Source of the DNA: Escherichia phage 04922B
DNA length: 39,427 nucleotides
Strand: one strand, 5' to 3'
Sequence record: OP331230.1
Numbering within the stretch: the stretch's first letter is position 1; each line of letters begins with the position of its first letter. Shown one piece after another: positions 38,403-39,427 of the stretch. The position numbers were made by a program, and so were the translations under genes. Under the pieces are notes generated by a model. That model saw only the letters and a list, made by a program, of their open reading frames with translations, had not been told where the DNA came from and did not search any database.

Positions 38403-39326
38403 ATGGCTGAATCTAATGCAGACGTATATGCATCTTTTGGCGTGAACTCCGCTGTGATGTCTGGTGGTTCCGTTGAGGAACATGAGCAGAATATGCTGGC
38501 TCTTGATGTTGCTGCCCGTGATGGCGATGATGCAATCGAGTTAGCGTCCGACGAAGTGGAAACAGAACGCGACCTGTATGACAACTCTGACCCATTCGGT
38601 AAAGAGGATGACGAAGGCCGAATTCAGGTTCGTATTGGTGATGGCTCTGAGCCAACCGATGTGGACACTGGAGAAGAAGGCTTTGAGGGCACCGAAGGTT
38701 CCGAAGAGTTTACCCCACTGGGTGAGACTCCAGAAGAACTGGTAGCTGCCTCTGAGCAACTTGGTGAGCACGAAGAGGGATTCCAAGAGATGATTAACAT
38801 TGCTGCCGAGCGTGGCATGAGCGTCGAGACCATCGAGGCCATCCAGCGTGAGTACGAGGCGAACGAAGAGTTGTCCGCTGAGTCCTACGCTAAGCTGGCT
38901 GAAATTGGTTACACGAAGGCTTTCATCGACTCGTACATTCGGGGTCAAGAAGCTCTGGTGGAGCAGTACGTAAACAGTGTCATTGAGTACGCTGGTGGTC
39001 GTGAGCGTTTTGACGCACTGTATACTCACCTTGAGACGCACAACCCTGATGCTGCACAGTCTCTGGACAATGCATTGACCAATCGTGACTTAGCGACCGT
39101 TAAAGCTATCATCAACTTGGCTGGTGAGTCTCGCGCTAAGGCGTTCGGTCGTAAGCCAACTCGTAGTGTGACTAATCGTGCTATTCCGGCTAAACCTCAG
39201 GCTACCAAGCGTGAAGGCTTTGCGGACCGTAGCGAGATGATTAAAGCTATGAGCGACCCTCGGTATCGCACAGATGCCAACTATCGTCGTCAAGTCGAAC
39301 AGAAAGTAATCGATTCGAACTTCTGA
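38403..39326 (+). CDS. 9: Capsid assembly scaffolding protein (gp9)
   Basis: 307-aa acidic ORF MAESNADVYASFGVNSAVMSGGSVEEHEQNMLALDVAARDGDD..., recognised as T7 gp9. Confidence 0.96.
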   Translation: MAESNADVYASFGVNSAVMSGGSVEEHEQNMLALDVAARDGDDAIELASDEVETERDLYDNSDPFGKEDDEGRIQVRIGDGSEPTDVDTGEEGFEGTEGSEEFTPLGETPEELVAASEQLGEHEEGFQEMINIAAERGMSVETIEAIQREYEANEELSAESYAKLAEIGYTKAFIDSYIRGQEALVEQYVNSVIEYAGGRERFDALYTHLETHNPDAAQSLDNALTNRDLATVKAIINLAGESRAKAFGRKPTRSVTNRAIPAKPQATKREGFADRSEMIKAMSDPRYRTDANYRRQVEQKVIDSNF

Positions 39327-39338
39327 TAGACTCTGAAA

Positions 39339-39361
39339 TTAATACGACTCACTATAGGGAG
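39339..39361 (+). promoter_or_regulatory. T7-RNAP promoter phi10, followed by the gene 10 leader and RBS
   Basis: taatacgactcactatagggagaccacaacggtttccctctagaaat...aaggagacatacatATG; the ATG at 39425-39427 is the gene 10A start, continuing at position 1. Confidence 0.93.
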
Positions 39362-39427
39362 ACCACAACGGTTTCCCTCTAGAAATCATTCTTGTTTAAA
39401 CTTTATTAAGAAGGAGACATACATATG

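Noticed and set aside
38541-39041. 166-aa minus-strand ORF inside scaffold gene 9
   Set aside because: Antisense to gene 9; no supporting signals.

Overview
This window is essentially a complete, circularly permuted genome of a T7-like podovirus (Teseptimavirus-like), with every gene on the + strand. It opens just inside capsid gene 10A (its ATG is the last three bases, 39425-39427), runs through the tail, internal-core, tail-fiber, lysis and terminase genes, crosses a single copy of the terminal repeat (about 17162-17309), then continues through the early and DNA-metabolism genes 0.3 to 9. I recognise nearly all T7 genes by protein sequence, 17 T7-RNAP promoters, the sigma70 early promoters, RNase III sites and the TE and Tphi terminators. 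All comparisons to T7 are from memory of the reference genome, not from a search or alignment. The departures from T7 worth attention are: (1) a tail fiber gene 17 whose C-terminal half is replaced, followed by an inserted 127-aa gene before the holin, which may be a fiber-assembly chaperone; (2) a 66-aa early gene inserted between 0.4 and 0.5, bracketed by a duplicated RNase III hairpin, which is an anti-defence or host-takeover candidate; (3) an extra roughly 260-bp segment carrying a fourth consensus sigma70 promoter upstream of 0.3; (4) no genes 2.8, 5.3 or 7.7, while HNH gene 3.8 is retained; (5) a remodelled gene 1.7/1.8 region. No tRNA, rRNA, CRISPR array or integrase was seen.
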